IMG/VR virus record: IMGVR_UViG_3300043409_000956
Coordinates: 29,093-93,092 of that record
Length of the DNA stretch: 64,000 bases
Strand: one strand, 5' to 3'
Origin: a virus
A model generated the notes under the pieces. The model ran no database searches, had not been told where the DNA came from, and saw only the letters and a list, made by a program, of their open reading frames with translations. Positions 43,311 to 52,821 of this stretch are shown here, piece by piece. How positions within the stretch are numbered: the stretch's first letter is position 1; the number at the start of each line of letters is the position of its first letter. Both the position numbers and the translations under genes were made by a program.

Positions 43311-43676
43311 ATGATTAAAAACATATACGCCAATGGACCTTTCTTACAGGTTGAGGGAACCGGCACAAGTTACAATACTCCATATATTCCTGCCACCATG
43401 CCCAGTGCTGGTATAGTACGCTACAATAACGGACACCTTGAAGTCTACGATGGAACCACTTGGCATGATATTGGTGGCAATGGTCAGGCCATGGTCAGTA
43501 TGACCAGCAATGCTGTTACTGCCATCATGTGGGCCGAAGAAAAAATGCACGAAGAGTTGCGTCTTAAAGAGTTGGCCGAAAAGCATCCTGCTGTTGCCGA
43601 TGCTGTGGCACATTTACAACAAGCTGAGGATCAACTACAAGTTGTTGCCGCTTTGGTAGAGGAAGAAAAATCATGA
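43311..43676 (+). CDS. hypothetical phage protein
   Basis: G.VRYN...LEVYDG..W; LAEKHPAVADA. Confidence 0.75.
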   Translation: MIKNIYANGPFLQVEGTGTSYNTPYIPATMPSAGIVRYNNGHLEVYDGTTWHDIGGNGQAMVSMTSNAVTAIMWAEEKMHEELRLKELAEKHPAVADAVAHLQQAEDQLQVVAALVEEEKS

Positions 43677-43834
43677 TGGCGGATTGGGATTTTGTCGTAA
43701 TGGTTATTGTGGTCACTATATTTCTTGTAGGGCTGTATTTTTATGCTCGCAATATCGAGCCCGGTTGTTCAGGTAATTGTCAACAGGGACGATTGCCTTG
43801 TGATTGTGTTCTAAACAAAAAGGATCAAGTATGA
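43673..43834 (+). CDS. small membrane-anchored Cys-rich protein (53 aa), missed by ORF track
   Basis: TM then CSGNCQQGRLPCDC; ATGA overlaps at both ends. Confidence 0.7.
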   Translation: MMADWDFVVMVIVVTIFLVGLYFYARNIEPGCSGNCQQGRLPCDCVLNKKDQV

Positions 43835-44097
43835 GTTTTAGGAATTGGTTTAGAAATTGGTTGCACAATGATGATGAAATAAAAATCTCCCGCGATAGCA
43901 TGACTGTAGCAACTAGTGAGTTTGATACACCCATCAGACTCAGTATCACTCCTGCTCGTGGTGGTGTTGTGGTCACCACAAGGAATTATGATCGACAAAA
44001 GGATCGTAACAATGAGATTGTGCATGTGATACACGATGACGAAGATGTTGCTCGTCGCATTGGAGAAATTGTAGCCATGGAATTAATGAAAGCATGA
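43831..44097 (+). CDS. hypothetical protein
   Basis: AAGGA RBS; A.GG.VV...YD...DR...VI. Confidence 0.7.
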   Translation: MSFRNWFRNWLHNDDEIKISRDSMTVATSEFDTPIRLSITPARGGVVVTTRNYDRQKDRNNEIVHVIHDDEDVARRIGEIVAMELMKA

Positions 44098-44399
44098 GTA
44101 GCGGCAACTATGTATACACAGGCCAAGGCATGCAAAGCGGTTACGGCGCCGTTCCCATAGGCGGACTTACATTCAACTCAACAAATAAAATGAACTTACC
44201 AGGTATAACATTCAAAATCACATCAGCCAATGGTGGCAGCATCATCACTGTCACCGATGACAGTCGCAGAGAAAATCAAATCACAATAAGTGGTTACGAG
44301 CGTGAAGAGCTCTACATTATCCCCGACGGTGTAGAAGACTTTGACAAAGAGTTGGGTAAAATTATTACAATGCATAGGATGAAACAACAACATGAGTGA
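44094..44399 (+). CDS. hypothetical protein, tandem paralog of 43831-44097
   Basis: ITSANGGSII ~ ITPARGGVVV; LYII.D..DF.KELGKII ~ VHVI.D..DV.RRIGEIV. Confidence 0.7.
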   Translation: MSSGNYVYTGQGMQSGYGAVPIGGLTFNSTNKMNLPGITFKITSANGGSIITVTDDSRRENQITISGYEREELYIIPDGVEDFDKELGKIITMHRMKQQHE

Positions 44400-44850
44400 A
44401 ACAATCGCAAGACCTGTGGTCAAAAACAAATACTGGATTGTGGAAAATTCCGGCAACAAGGTAGCCACCATACAGGCTATTGACGAAGGTGGCTACGCTT
44501 ACGTACACAACGACCAACGTGAACGATTTGCCAGTATCAAATTGATCAGCAAAAAATACAACATTGAATTTGCCAAGCCTGCCCGGGACCGGTCTATTAA
44601 AAATGATGACGTGTACGGATATCCTTGTAACTCAAAGAGTCATAACGAAATTTATGATGTGGCACGTCGACTGCCCATATACAGCAAGAGTGCCAAGAGT
44701 CGTAGTTTCTTTTGCGCCGGTCATTACATGATCAAGTACAACCAAACTTGGATACATGAGTTGTGTCCAAAGTTGATTACATTAAATAGATACGAGTACC
44801 AAGGACCGTTCAAAAGCGAGTCTGAAGCCAAAGGAAAACAAAATGGATAA
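44392..44850 (+). CDS. hypothetical phage protein
   Basis: AKSRSFFCAGHY, CPKLITL.RY.Y.GPFK. Confidence 0.75.
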   Translation: MSETIARPVVKNKYWIVENSGNKVATIQAIDEGGYAYVHNDQRERFASIKLISKKYNIEFAKPARDRSIKNDDVYGYPCNSKSHNEIYDVARRLPIYSKSAKSRSFFCAGHYMIKYNQTWIHELCPKLITLNRYEYQGPFKSESEAKGKQNG

Positions 44851-45061
44851 TGTAAGCATTCACATCAAAAATTTTAACGACAGAGTTAAGGCCATGAACC
44901 AAACTCACAGTCGTGAGTTGACACTGTCTGCACAAGATGCACGTAGCCTACACTCAGATATCTTTGCTGTACTGGCACTGGTAACTGAAATCTCTGCCAA
45001 ATTAGAAAATATGGGAGATAATATTATCCAATTGGGTGTGGACGGTGGTGGTTTCAAATAA
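44843..45061 (+). CDS. hypothetical protein
   Basis: AAGGA RBS; ends DGGGFK. Confidence 0.7.
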   Translation: MDNVSIHIKNFNDRVKAMNQTHSRELTLSAQDARSLHSDIFAVLALVTEISAKLENMGDNIIQLGVDGGGFK

Positions 45062-45108
45062 ACTACACAGTTATTGAGATAAATAATAGTATCAAGGAAA
45101 ACTGAAAA

Positions 45109-45396
45109 ATGTCGAGACCCAAACCAACTGTGCTCGTGGAGCATGTTAACAAAACAACATATAAAGCAGATCAAGTGTTGGCCAGCGACGGAATATGGGC
45201 AGTTCATTTTGAAGGTAAGCCTATCAATTTAAAGACACACAATATACTGGTGTCTTATCCCGGTCCCAAGTACAAAAAAGTCAGTTTCTCTAATTCAGGC
45301 CATGCCATCAACCTGTGTAAAAAACTCAACACCTTATTCAAGACCGACAAATTCACCGTTGTGTTGTTGACAGCAGGTGAACGCATCTACCCATAA
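45109..45396 (+). CDS. hypothetical phage protein
   Basis: TAAATA upstream; MSRPKP, GPKYKKVSFSN.GHA.NL. Confidence 0.75.
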   Translation: MSRPKPTVLVEHVNKTTYKADQVLASDGIWAVHFEGKPINLKTHNILVSYPGPKYKKVSFSNSGHAINLCKKLNTLFKTDKFTVVLLTAGERIYP

Positions 45397-45748
45397 ACAA
45401 CAAGAATTCCAAGAGCGATTCATCATCGCGGCTGGATATCCTGCGGAGCGTTTTACCGGAGTAGAGTTCACATGGTGGTTCAATCCCACCAATCACAACA
45501 GCATGAGGTTGACCCGTACCGGTTATGCTTGGACTATAAAACATAGTCAATGGAAGTATCACGAAATAAAGTTATCACATAAGATTAGTTCTAAGCATCT
45601 GTTACAATTGGAACGACAACTCCACCAACCGTATTTTGTAAAAGATTTGACACATCTGATAGTTTCGAGCGAAACTGATGCTGTTATGCTACAGTTACAC
45701 GCAGGAAATTTATCACAATATCTTGACAACTTACAAAATATATGTTAA
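45377..45748 (+). CDS. hypothetical protein
   Basis: WW.NP....MRLT..G; coupled ORF. Confidence 0.65.
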   Translation: MNASTHKQQEFQERFIIAAGYPAERFTGVEFTWWFNPTNHNSMRLTRTGYAWTIKHSQWKYHEIKLSHKISSKHLLQLERQLHQPYFVKDLTHLIVSSETDAVMLQLHAGNLSQYLDNLQNIC

Positions 45749-45751
45749 ACT
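45723..45751 (+). promoter_or_regulatory. sigma70-type promoter
   Basis: TTGACA-17bp-TAAACT. Confidence 0.55.
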
Positions 45752-45757
45752 ATATTC

Positions 45758-46528
45758 ATGAATAACAAAGAACACCGCGCATTAGATTGCGAACTACAAA
45801 GACAACGCTACGCCGAAAATTCTGAACTGTTAAAAGGTTTGGGCTTTAATACTGACGTTATGAATATCAGACGTGTAGGCAGGGAATTAGCAACAGTTGA
45901 TACTTGGCGCTACATGGAAGACAAGGACCTTGAAGACCTCAAGGATTGTGTAACTGACTATGACTTGTATGAGTGGGTAGTTAACACCCAACTTGATCCT
46001 GCATTGTTAAAAACAGGATTGGTGCTTGAGTTTGGTACTGCAACTGGTCGTACATTGAATCAGTTTGCTTACTGGTTGCCAAACAAAACTATCCATGGAT
46101 TTGATAGTTGGCAAGGATTGCCTGAGAAGTTCAACGACTTGCCAGCAGGCCACTTTGCACAGGAACTGCCTAAGGTGTTGCCAAACTGCGAATTGGTACA
46201 AGGTTGGTTTGGAACTAGACCTCCACAAGATCAATCCAACATTGCAGAAAATATGGCACTGGCATTTGCCACCACTACACAGGAATCTATTGCACTTTTA
46301 CATCTGGATGCGGATTTGTACTCCAGTACAAAAACAGTCCTAAGTGCGTTTGCTAAACATATTGTTCCCGGCACTGTGATTTTGTTTAACGAGTATTGGA
46401 ACCATCCAACTTGGAAGAAACATGAATACCGGGCCTGGCAAGAACATTGTAAAATGCATAGCATTAAATACGAATACATTGGATATGCCAGTGATCATCA
46501 AGAAGTGGCAATTCGAGTAATCAAGTAG
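45758..46528 (+). CDS. TylF/MycF-like class I O-methyltransferase
   Basis: LEFGTATG, GFDSWQGLPE, VQGWF, LHLDADLYSST. Confidence 0.85.
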   Translation: MNNKEHRALDCELQRQRYAENSELLKGLGFNTDVMNIRRVGRELATVDTWRYMEDKDLEDLKDCVTDYDLYEWVVNTQLDPALLKTGLVLEFGTATGRTLNQFAYWLPNKTIHGFDSWQGLPEKFNDLPAGHFAQELPKVLPNCELVQGWFGTRPPQDQSNIAENMALAFATTTQESIALLHLDADLYSSTKTVLSAFAKHIVPGTVILFNEYWNHPTWKKHEYRAWQEHCKMHSIKYEYIGYASDHQEVAIRVIK

Positions 46529-46557
46529 TTGACACAAAAAGATTTCTAGTGTAAACT
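46529..46557 (+). promoter_or_regulatory. early sigma70 promoter (repeated family)
   Basis: TTGACA-caaaaagatttctagtg-TAAACT. Confidence 0.65.
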
Positions 46558-46652
46558 AGAGACATGGTAGTGAATCCTACCTGCTAACCGATAAACAACA
46601 CGGCAACATGGGGTTGCTGAGTTGTAATGGTTACGAACTAAAGGAAAATATC

Positions 46653-47840
46653 ATGGCTACTGCCACGCAATCTTATGCGGCTACAAAAAACGCCGTCTTT
46701 CTTAACTCTTCTTCCAACCTTGTTGATCTTGTCAAGCGTCTAAACGACACCATTGCCGCAATGCCCATCCAGGCACAACGCAATTGGCAGGCAAAACTTG
46801 CCAAAGCACTGGCAACATTTAAAAAGAACCACCCCGGCTTGACGAGTATAAACGATCCCAAACGATTCCGTTTGTGTAAGAGCCTGGTGGGCAAACTCCG
46901 AGACATTGTAATTGATACCACAATGCAACGGGAACCCAATTTGCAATGGATCCTTACCATCATTGAAAACTTCCGTGCATATCAGGCACAACCTATTCAA
47001 GTGTATGCCACTGGTGAGCAGTGGGGTGGGTGGGATGGTCAACACACCTCGATAGCCTTGTACTTGATTGCTGTACACGGACTTGGCGAAAACTTTGACG
47101 ATGTTGAAGTACCTATCAATGTGTACGATATTTCAAGTCGTGGCGAACTTCGCAGTAATTTCATTAACAACAACACCACAGTGGGCAAAAACGCAGGCAA
47201 AAAGCCTCTGGACATTATCGACATCTTTATGCAAAAGATTTACGGTGTTGAAGTTGATGGTGTTAACGAACCCGAGTGGGTTGAAGCACACCATAAATGG
47301 AAATACATTGCCGCGGCAGACATGTTCCTAACAGCAGAAAAGTTCAATGACACTGACCAAGCAGGTGCTATTAGTCGTCTCAATGAATTGGATGCGGCCA
47401 CAGTGGCGGTGGTGCGACAATTTGCTGTGTATGGCCGATATGTTGTTGCATCTCAACAACGCCCGATTAACACAAAAGAAATTCCTATCATTATTGAATT
47501 CCTAAACTTGTGTGAACAACAAGATATCACGTATACCGATGCCGAACTTGAAGACCTGGCACAACATTGTATTGACTTGTTTAACGCAAACTTTGATGCC
47601 AAAGGTCCATACTGGGACCAAGTGCATCAAGCCAACATGAATGCATGGACCAAGCACAATCGGAATCGTCCCAAGACTGATTGGAGTGATCCACCACGCA
47701 ACAGCAAGAACACACCACAAGGTACGGCATTCTTTTGGCATCAACTAAACAATAGTTGGGTTCCTGCACAGCCCACAGGCTTTAAATTTCCCAAGATGCC
47801 GTTTAGTGCATACACACCCGACGCAAAGGACTTGTTTTAA
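46653..47840 (+). CDS. ParB/DUF262-like (DGQH) domain protein
   Basis: IDTTMQR...W and WDGQHT motifs, F...N; AAGGA RBS before ATG 46653. Confidence 0.65.
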   Translation: MATATQSYAATKNAVFLNSSSNLVDLVKRLNDTIAAMPIQAQRNWQAKLAKALATFKKNHPGLTSINDPKRFRLCKSLVGKLRDIVIDTTMQREPNLQWILTIIENFRAYQAQPIQVYATGEQWGGWDGQHTSIALYLIAVHGLGENFDDVEVPINVYDISSRGELRSNFINNNTTVGKNAGKKPLDIIDIFMQKIYGVEVDGVNEPEWVEAHHKWKYIAAADMFLTAEKFNDTDQAGAISRLNELDAATVAVVRQFAVYGRYVVASQQRPINTKEIPIIIEFLNLCEQQDITYTDAELEDLAQHCIDLFNANFDAKGPYWDQVHQANMNAWTKHNRNRPKTDWSDPPRNSKNTPQGTAFFWHQLNNSWVPAQPTGFKFPKMPFSAYTPDAKDLF

Positions 47841-47841
47841 T

Positions 47842-48321
47842 ATGAGTCACTTTTTATACATTCATCCCTGTATGGCAGGTACATCTGACGTATGGAAGAT
47901 TGGAGTTACCAAAACACCTTATTCGGCTGTGCGTGGTCGCCAAAAATACACCTGGGCCAAGTTTGGCCTTACACATTTGTATTTTGGAGAACCCAACGAT
48001 GTGTTGTGGTTAGAGCAACGAATCAAAGACATCTACCAGAACTTGTCGGGCAAGGCCATACAGGGTTACGGAACTGAGTTGTTCAAGATTGCAATAAAAC
48101 AACTATGTGCTGAGATCAATGGCCTTATCGAAAAATGCAATCTCAAAGTGATTGCAGTCAGTCTCAAAGAACCCTATACTGCAAGTTCAAGTGGCAAATG
48201 TCCTTTTGGTATTCCCAGTGAAATCTATGCTGATTTCTTTCTTGAATCTGTAGCAGATGAAGTTTTTAGTCAACCAACTTGGCCTAAGACTTTAGGCAAA
48301 CAAGTATTTTTAAAGAGTTAA
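47842..48321 (+). CDS. GIY-YIG/T5orf172-like nuclease-fold protein
   Basis: FLYI...VWKIGVT......R...LE..I....TELF. Confidence 0.55.
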   Translation: MSHFLYIHPCMAGTSDVWKIGVTKTPYSAVRGRQKYTWAKFGLTHLYFGEPNDVLWLEQRIKDIYQNLSGKAIQGYGTELFKIAIKQLCAEINGLIEKCNLKVIAVSLKEPYTASSSGKCPFGIPSEIYADFFLESVADEVFSQPTWPKTLGKQVFLKS

Positions 48322-48325
48322 TATA

Positions 48326-48895
48326 ATGAAACCCCTAATTGAACGTGTCACTGGGTTTGCACAAAAGAAACCCACACCTGTAAAACGTGGCGGTGCCAGT
48401 TACGACTCCACATATAAATTTTGTGTGCGTGGATTGAAACTGTGTGTTTGGATGTATCGACGTCTTAAGGTTGAGGACCAAACTGCACGTTTGATTAGGG
48501 ACGTCATGGACTTCTTGTTGCGTAGGTATCATGGGTACGCCATCAAGGAAAACATTGGAGCCCATTATTACGAAAAAGGTTTGCCACACGGAACCAAAAC
48601 TGAATTTGAACATGTGATACCTGCAAGTGTGGCACGAGACATGTTGTTGTATGATCGCCTTACCATTGACGAGGCTTTGAATATCCCAACTTGTAAGTTA
48701 AGCAAGAGCAAACACAAGAAGTTGAACTCAACTAAATTAGGTTCAACCACTCCGGACATTTATAACTTTTGGCAACGCTACCAAAGCCTCAACATCAGTG
48801 TGGAAACACATGATGGCACGGCAGTTGATTTAAAAACTTGGAATTTGGACACGCACTATCAAAAGTTTTTAGGCTCAAAATTGCTTAAATTTTAA
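48326..48895 (+). CDS. HNH-like (EHVIP) nuclease-fold protein
   Basis: EFEHVIP...PTC.LS...H..LN. Confidence 0.5.
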   Translation: MKPLIERVTGFAQKKPTPVKRGGASYDSTYKFCVRGLKLCVWMYRRLKVEDQTARLIRDVMDFLLRRYHGYAIKENIGAHYYEKGLPHGTKTEFEHVIPASVARDMLLYDRLTIDEALNIPTCKLSKSKHKKLNSTKLGSTTPDIYNFWQRYQSLNISVETHDGTAVDLKTWNLDTHYQKFLGSKLLKF

Positions 48896-48963
48896 GCAGA
48901 AAAAGGTAATACTCTAGTACTACTTTTTTGTTGTACTAAAACAACACCCGATTTGCCCGAAAT

Positions 48964-48992
48964 TTGACCCCGAATGGTATCTATTATATAAT
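48964..48992 (+). promoter_or_regulatory. early sigma70 promoter
   Basis: TTGACC-17bp-TATAAT then ACTTGTAT. Confidence 0.75.
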
Positions 48993-49021
48993 ACTTGTAT
49001 GGTGTTTAAAAAGGAGCTAAA

Positions 49022-49297
49022 ATGTTGAAATTTGCAAACGTCGCTAAAGTTGGAGATACAATCCGTGCATACGATTTCAAGCCCATGAAGGGCCGTGAAG
49101 ATTGTTTTGTAGAAGGTGTTGTTAAACGAATTGACAATAAATTATATGATGCTTTTGTAATTGAAGTCACATATGATTCTTGGGACGAGGACACCGAGGG
49201 TAAACAAATACACGGTCGTGTTGGCAAAGAAATTTTGGTTCCATTTGAAGTCAGCTTCATGGAATTTGACGCCCGTGTTATGAACTTGAGCCGCTAA
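49022..49297 (+). CDS. small early protein (SH3/KOW-like beta barrel)
   Basis: AAGGAG RBS; KVGDTIRAYDF..EG.V. Confidence 0.75.
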   Translation: MLKFANVAKVGDTIRAYDFKPMKGREDCFVEGVVKRIDNKLYDAFVIEVTYDSWDEDTEGKQIHGRVGKEILVPFEVSFMEFDARVMNLSR

Positions 49298-49303
49298 TAA
49301 CGG

Positions 49304-49332
49304 TTGACCCGAAAAGGCATCTTTTGTATAAT
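49304..49332 (+). promoter_or_regulatory. early sigma70 promoter
   Basis: TTGACC-17bp-TATAAT then ACTTGTAT. Confidence 0.75.
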
Positions 49333-49362
49333 ACTTGTATAGAAACTAAAAAGGGGTTAGAA

Positions 49363-49590
49363 ATGTCAGAAGTAAATGCAGTTCCGTATTTTGGTATGTT
49401 TACAGATGCCGGCAATGTAGAAGTTTCCGTTATTGTAGAACATGCCAAGTCCAACAGCCTCAATTGGCCCCAAACGTATAAACTGTTGGAACAATTGGCA
49501 AAGGTCCCGGGCTATGGCGAAGTGTTGGACACCATGGTTCGTGAAATTGTGTATGATGCTTTGAGCTTTGAAACTACTTTTTACATTTAA
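49363..49590 (+). CDS. small early hypothetical protein
   Basis: AAGGGG RBS; FGMFTDAGN..V...DT.VRE.VY. Confidence 0.75.
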   Translation: MSEVNAVPYFGMFTDAGNVEVSVIVEHAKSNSLNWPQTYKLLEQLAKVPGYGEVLDTMVREIVYDALSFETTFYI

Positions 49591-49614
49591 TTTTTAACAA
49601 TCGGAGAACTTAAA

Positions 49615-49839
49615 ATGACTTCAAACAAAACCGCACTAACTGCAATAGTTGAATGGGTGAACTTTCGCAAGAGCCTTGGTGTTTCATCAGTCAAACGGGT
49701 TGAACTGCAAGTTGCCGCAGAAATGTCTAACAATTTAGAACTTATTGTTTTAGATAAAGAAACATTAGAAGAAGTTGCACGCCTAACAGGCGGTACATAT
49801 ATTACTAGTACTGGTGCCAAATCAAAAATCGTATTTTAA
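49615..49839 (+). CDS. small hypothetical protein
   Basis: GGAG RBS. Confidence 0.65.
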   Translation: MTSNKTALTAIVEWVNFRKSLGVSSVKRVELQVAAEMSNNLELIVLDKETLEEVARLTGGTYITSTGAKSKIVF

Positions 49840-49840
49840 T

Positions 49841-49869
49841 TTGACAGTAAAAGACATCTTTAGTAAACT
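49841..49869 (+). promoter_or_regulatory. early sigma70 promoter
   Basis: TTGACA-gtaaaagacatctttag-TAAACT. Confidence 0.65.
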
Positions 49870-49912
49870 AGATTCTGTGTTAGTAACAAAGACATTTTTT
49901 AAGGAGTAAGTA

Positions 49913-51013
49913 ATGTCCGTGACCGAAAACCGTAGTGTAACCCCCAATGAATGCCGTAGCCGTGTGCTTCGTGCATTTAAAAACAAACGCCCTGTGTTCT
50001 TATGGGGTCCTCCTGGAATTGGTAAGTCAGAATTGATTGCTGGCATTACTGAAGACTTGGGTGGACACATGATTGACCTGCGCCTGGGTCAGATGGAACC
50101 CACAGACATTCGTGGTATCCCGTTCTTTAACAAGAACAAAGAAGTCATGGATTGGGCTCCTCCTATCGACTTGCCTGATGCAGAGATGGCCAAGCAATTT
50201 CCTATTATTGTGCTATTCCTAGACGAAATGAATAGTGCGGCTCCGGCTGTACAGGCCGCGGGTTATCAACTTATTTTGAACCGTCGTGTTGGTAAGTACC
50301 ATTTGCCAGACAATGTTGTAATTGTTGCGGCAGGTAATCGCGAAAGCGACAAGGGTGTTACTTATCGTATGCCTAGTCCGCTGGCAAATCGCTTTGTTCA
50401 CTTGGAAGTGCGTCCGGACTTTGAGAGTTGGCAACAATGGGCTGTGGGACAAAAAATCCACAAGGATGTTGTGGGTTACATCTCCTTTGCCAAACAAGAC
50501 ATGTTTGACTTTGATCCAAAGAGCGCAAGTCGTGCATTTGCCACCCCACGTACCTGGACCTTTGTGAGCCAGTTCTTGTATGACGAGGATGCAACCGACG
50601 CTGAATTGGCTGACTTGATTGCAGGTACAGTAGGCGAAGGCCTGGCTCTTAAGTTTATGGCACACCGCAAGGTTGCAAGTCAAATGCCTAATCCAACAGA
50701 AATTTTAAGTGGCAAGGTCAAGGACTTGAAGGTCAAAGAAATCAGTGCCATGTACAGTTTGACAATTAGCCTGTGTTATGAACTTCAAGACAGTTTCAAG
50801 AAACTGGGCAAGGATAAACTTGCAGACTGGCATGCCCAAGCAGACAACTTCCTTGGCTTTATGATGGCTAATTTTACTACCGAGTTGGTTGTTATGGGTG
50901 CTCGTGTTGCACTTACCACATACAACCTGCCCATGGTACCGGGCAAGATGAAGAACTTTGACGAGTTCCATAAGCGTTTCGGTAAGTACATTATTGCGGC
51001 GTCAGGCAAATAA
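49913..51013 (+). CDS. MoxR-like AAA+ ATPase
   Basis: WGPPGIGKS, DIRGIP, LFLDEMN, AAGNR, PLANRF, TPRTW. Confidence 0.9.
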   Translation: MSVTENRSVTPNECRSRVLRAFKNKRPVFLWGPPGIGKSELIAGITEDLGGHMIDLRLGQMEPTDIRGIPFFNKNKEVMDWAPPIDLPDAEMAKQFPIIVLFLDEMNSAAPAVQAAGYQLILNRRVGKYHLPDNVVIVAAGNRESDKGVTYRMPSPLANRFVHLEVRPDFESWQQWAVGQKIHKDVVGYISFAKQDMFDFDPKSASRAFATPRTWTFVSQFLYDEDATDAELADLIAGTVGEGLALKFMAHRKVASQMPNPTEILSGKVKDLKVKEISAMYSLTISLCYELQDSFKKLGKDKLADWHAQADNFLGFMMANFTTELVVMGARVALTTYNLPMVPGKMKNFDEFHKRFGKYIIAASGK

Positions 51014-51077
51014 GTTCCGTTGGTCGCGGGTGGGGGCAGATGTAAATCGTAAGTCCCCCTTATTAAGGATTGGTAAA

Positions 51078-51515
51078 ATGGAATTTGTTGTCCCAGAAGA
51101 TTTTGTAGAAATTAATCCGCTACCACCTGTGTTGCGTATGCTGGGTCCTTTTTATATTAAACGGGTAGATGGACAACCAACACAAATTGGATATCGTACA
51201 ACGGCCCAACATCAGCGTACCCCACAGGGCCATGTTGGTGGTGGTATCTTACTTAACCTATGCGATTTTGCCATTGGCTATGTGGTTGGAATTGAACACT
51301 TTGGTTCAATGAAAGGTGTGCATAATATTGCCACCATCAGTTTGAGTACAGACTTTATTGCCAGTCCAAAGATAAACGAATGGTTGGTGACCGAAGTAGA
51401 AGTGCTCCGTGTGGGCAATAGGGTTGGGTTTGGTCAATGTATTGTTAAATCAGACAACCGTATTGTTTGTCGTGCAAGTGCCAACTTTGCTATAATTGAG
51501 CTTAAACCTGTTTGA
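51078..51515 (+). CDS. PaaI-family hot-dog thioesterase
   Basis: GH..GG.L..LCD, TISLSTDFI.S....WL, RVG.RVGF, RASA.F. Confidence 0.75.
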   Translation: MEFVVPEDFVEINPLPPVLRMLGPFYIKRVDGQPTQIGYRTTAQHQRTPQGHVGGGILLNLCDFAIGYVVGIEHFGSMKGVHNIATISLSTDFIASPKINEWLVTEVEVLRVGNRVGFGQCIVKSDNRIVCRASANFAIIELKPV

Positions 51516-51540
51516 CCCAAAAAGACATCAATTGTATAAT
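51512..51540 (+). promoter_or_regulatory. early sigma70 promoter
   Basis: TTGACC-caaaaagacatcaattg-TATAAT. Confidence 0.75.
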
Positions 51541-51566
51541 TACATTATAGAAATCAAGGAGTTTGT

Positions 51567-52820
51567 ATGTCAGATGTAGTAGAAAAAGAAAAAGTAGTAA
51601 CAGTTACCAATCCAAAAACTGATGCCGCAGTTCGTGAAAAATTAATCACTGCTCGCATTGGACTCTTGCTCAAGGCTCCGTTCTTTGGTAATCTTGCAAC
51701 CCGCATGACCTTGGTCAATGCAGATGACTGGTGCCCCACTGCCGCAACAGACGGCCGCAAATTTTATTATAATTCAGAATTTGTAAACAAAATGCCACTC
51801 AAGCAGGTGGAATTCTTAGTGGGACACGAAGTGCTACATGCGGTGTATGACCATATGGGTCGTACCGGAGATCGCGATCGCAAAATTATGAACATTGCGG
51901 CAGACTATTGTGTTAATGCTGACTTGATTGAGCAACGCATTGGTGAGAAGATCACTGTATGTGGTATGTTGTACGATCCCAAGTACAAAGGCTGGAGCAT
52001 GGAAGAAGTCTATGATGACTTGATGAAGAATGCCAACAAAATTGATATTGGCAAACTGGCCCAAATGGTCTTGGACGAGCACTTGGATGGTGAAGGCGAG
52101 GGAGAAGGCGACAGTAAAGACGGCAAGGGTCGCCCTAAACTAAGCGAAGCTGAACGCAAGGCCATCAAAGACGAGATCAAAGAGGCTGTACTACAAGCCG
52201 CTCAGGCCGCTGGTGCTGGTAACTTGCCCGGTGGTGTTAGACGCATGATCAAGGACTTGACAGAACCCATGATTGGTTGGAAAGAATTGTTGGAGCAACA
52301 AATTCAAAGTACTATCAAGAACGACTTTACATTTGCTCGCCCTAGTCGTAAAGGTTGGCACATGGATGCCATCATGCCTGGCATGAAGCCTGGAGAAACT
52401 ATCGATATCTTTATTGGCATTGACACATCTGGTAGTATCGGTCCAGAAGATTTAAAAATCTTCTTTAGCGAGATCAAAGGTATCATGGATAGTTATACTG
52501 AGTACAAGATACATGTTGTAGGTTGGGATACTGAGATTGGTGGTGTTGGTGAGTTTACTAGCGACAACATGGCAGACATTACCGAGTTTGACCCTTTGGG
52601 TGGTGGTGGCACTGATCCCATGTGCGTGTGGCAGTACCTGCGTGAAAACAACATAGAACCCAAGAAGTTGATCATGTTCACTGACTATTGTTTCTTTGGA
52701 TGGGAGCCTAGTACAGTTGAAAACTATTGCGATACAGTTTGGATTATCAAAGGTAACCCCAGTGCTGAACCTGAGTTTGGTGTGTGGGCACACTACGAAG
52801 AAGCCGCAAAAGGAAAATAA
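51567..52820 (+). CDS. metallopeptidase-VWA domain protein (DUF2201-like)
   Basis: TAATDG, HEVLH (HExxH), NIAADY, MIDAS DTSGS, GGGGTD, FTD. Confidence 0.88.
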   Translation: MSDVVEKEKVVTVTNPKTDAAVREKLITARIGLLLKAPFFGNLATRMTLVNADDWCPTAATDGRKFYYNSEFVNKMPLKQVEFLVGHEVLHAVYDHMGRTGDRDRKIMNIAADYCVNADLIEQRIGEKITVCGMLYDPKYKGWSMEEVYDDLMKNANKIDIGKLAQMVLDEHLDGEGEGEGDSKDGKGRPKLSEAERKAIKDEIKEAVLQAAQAAGAGNLPGGVRRMIKDLTEPMIGWKELLEQQIQSTIKNDFTFARPSRKGWHMDAIMPGMKPGETIDIFIGIDTSGSIGPEDLKIFFSEIKGIMDSYTEYKIHVVGWDTEIGGVGEFTSDNMADITEFDPLGGGGTDPMCVWQYLRENNIEPKKLIMFTDYCFFGWEPSTVENYCDTVWIIKGNPSAEPEFGVWAHYEEAAKGK

Positions 52821-52821
52821 A

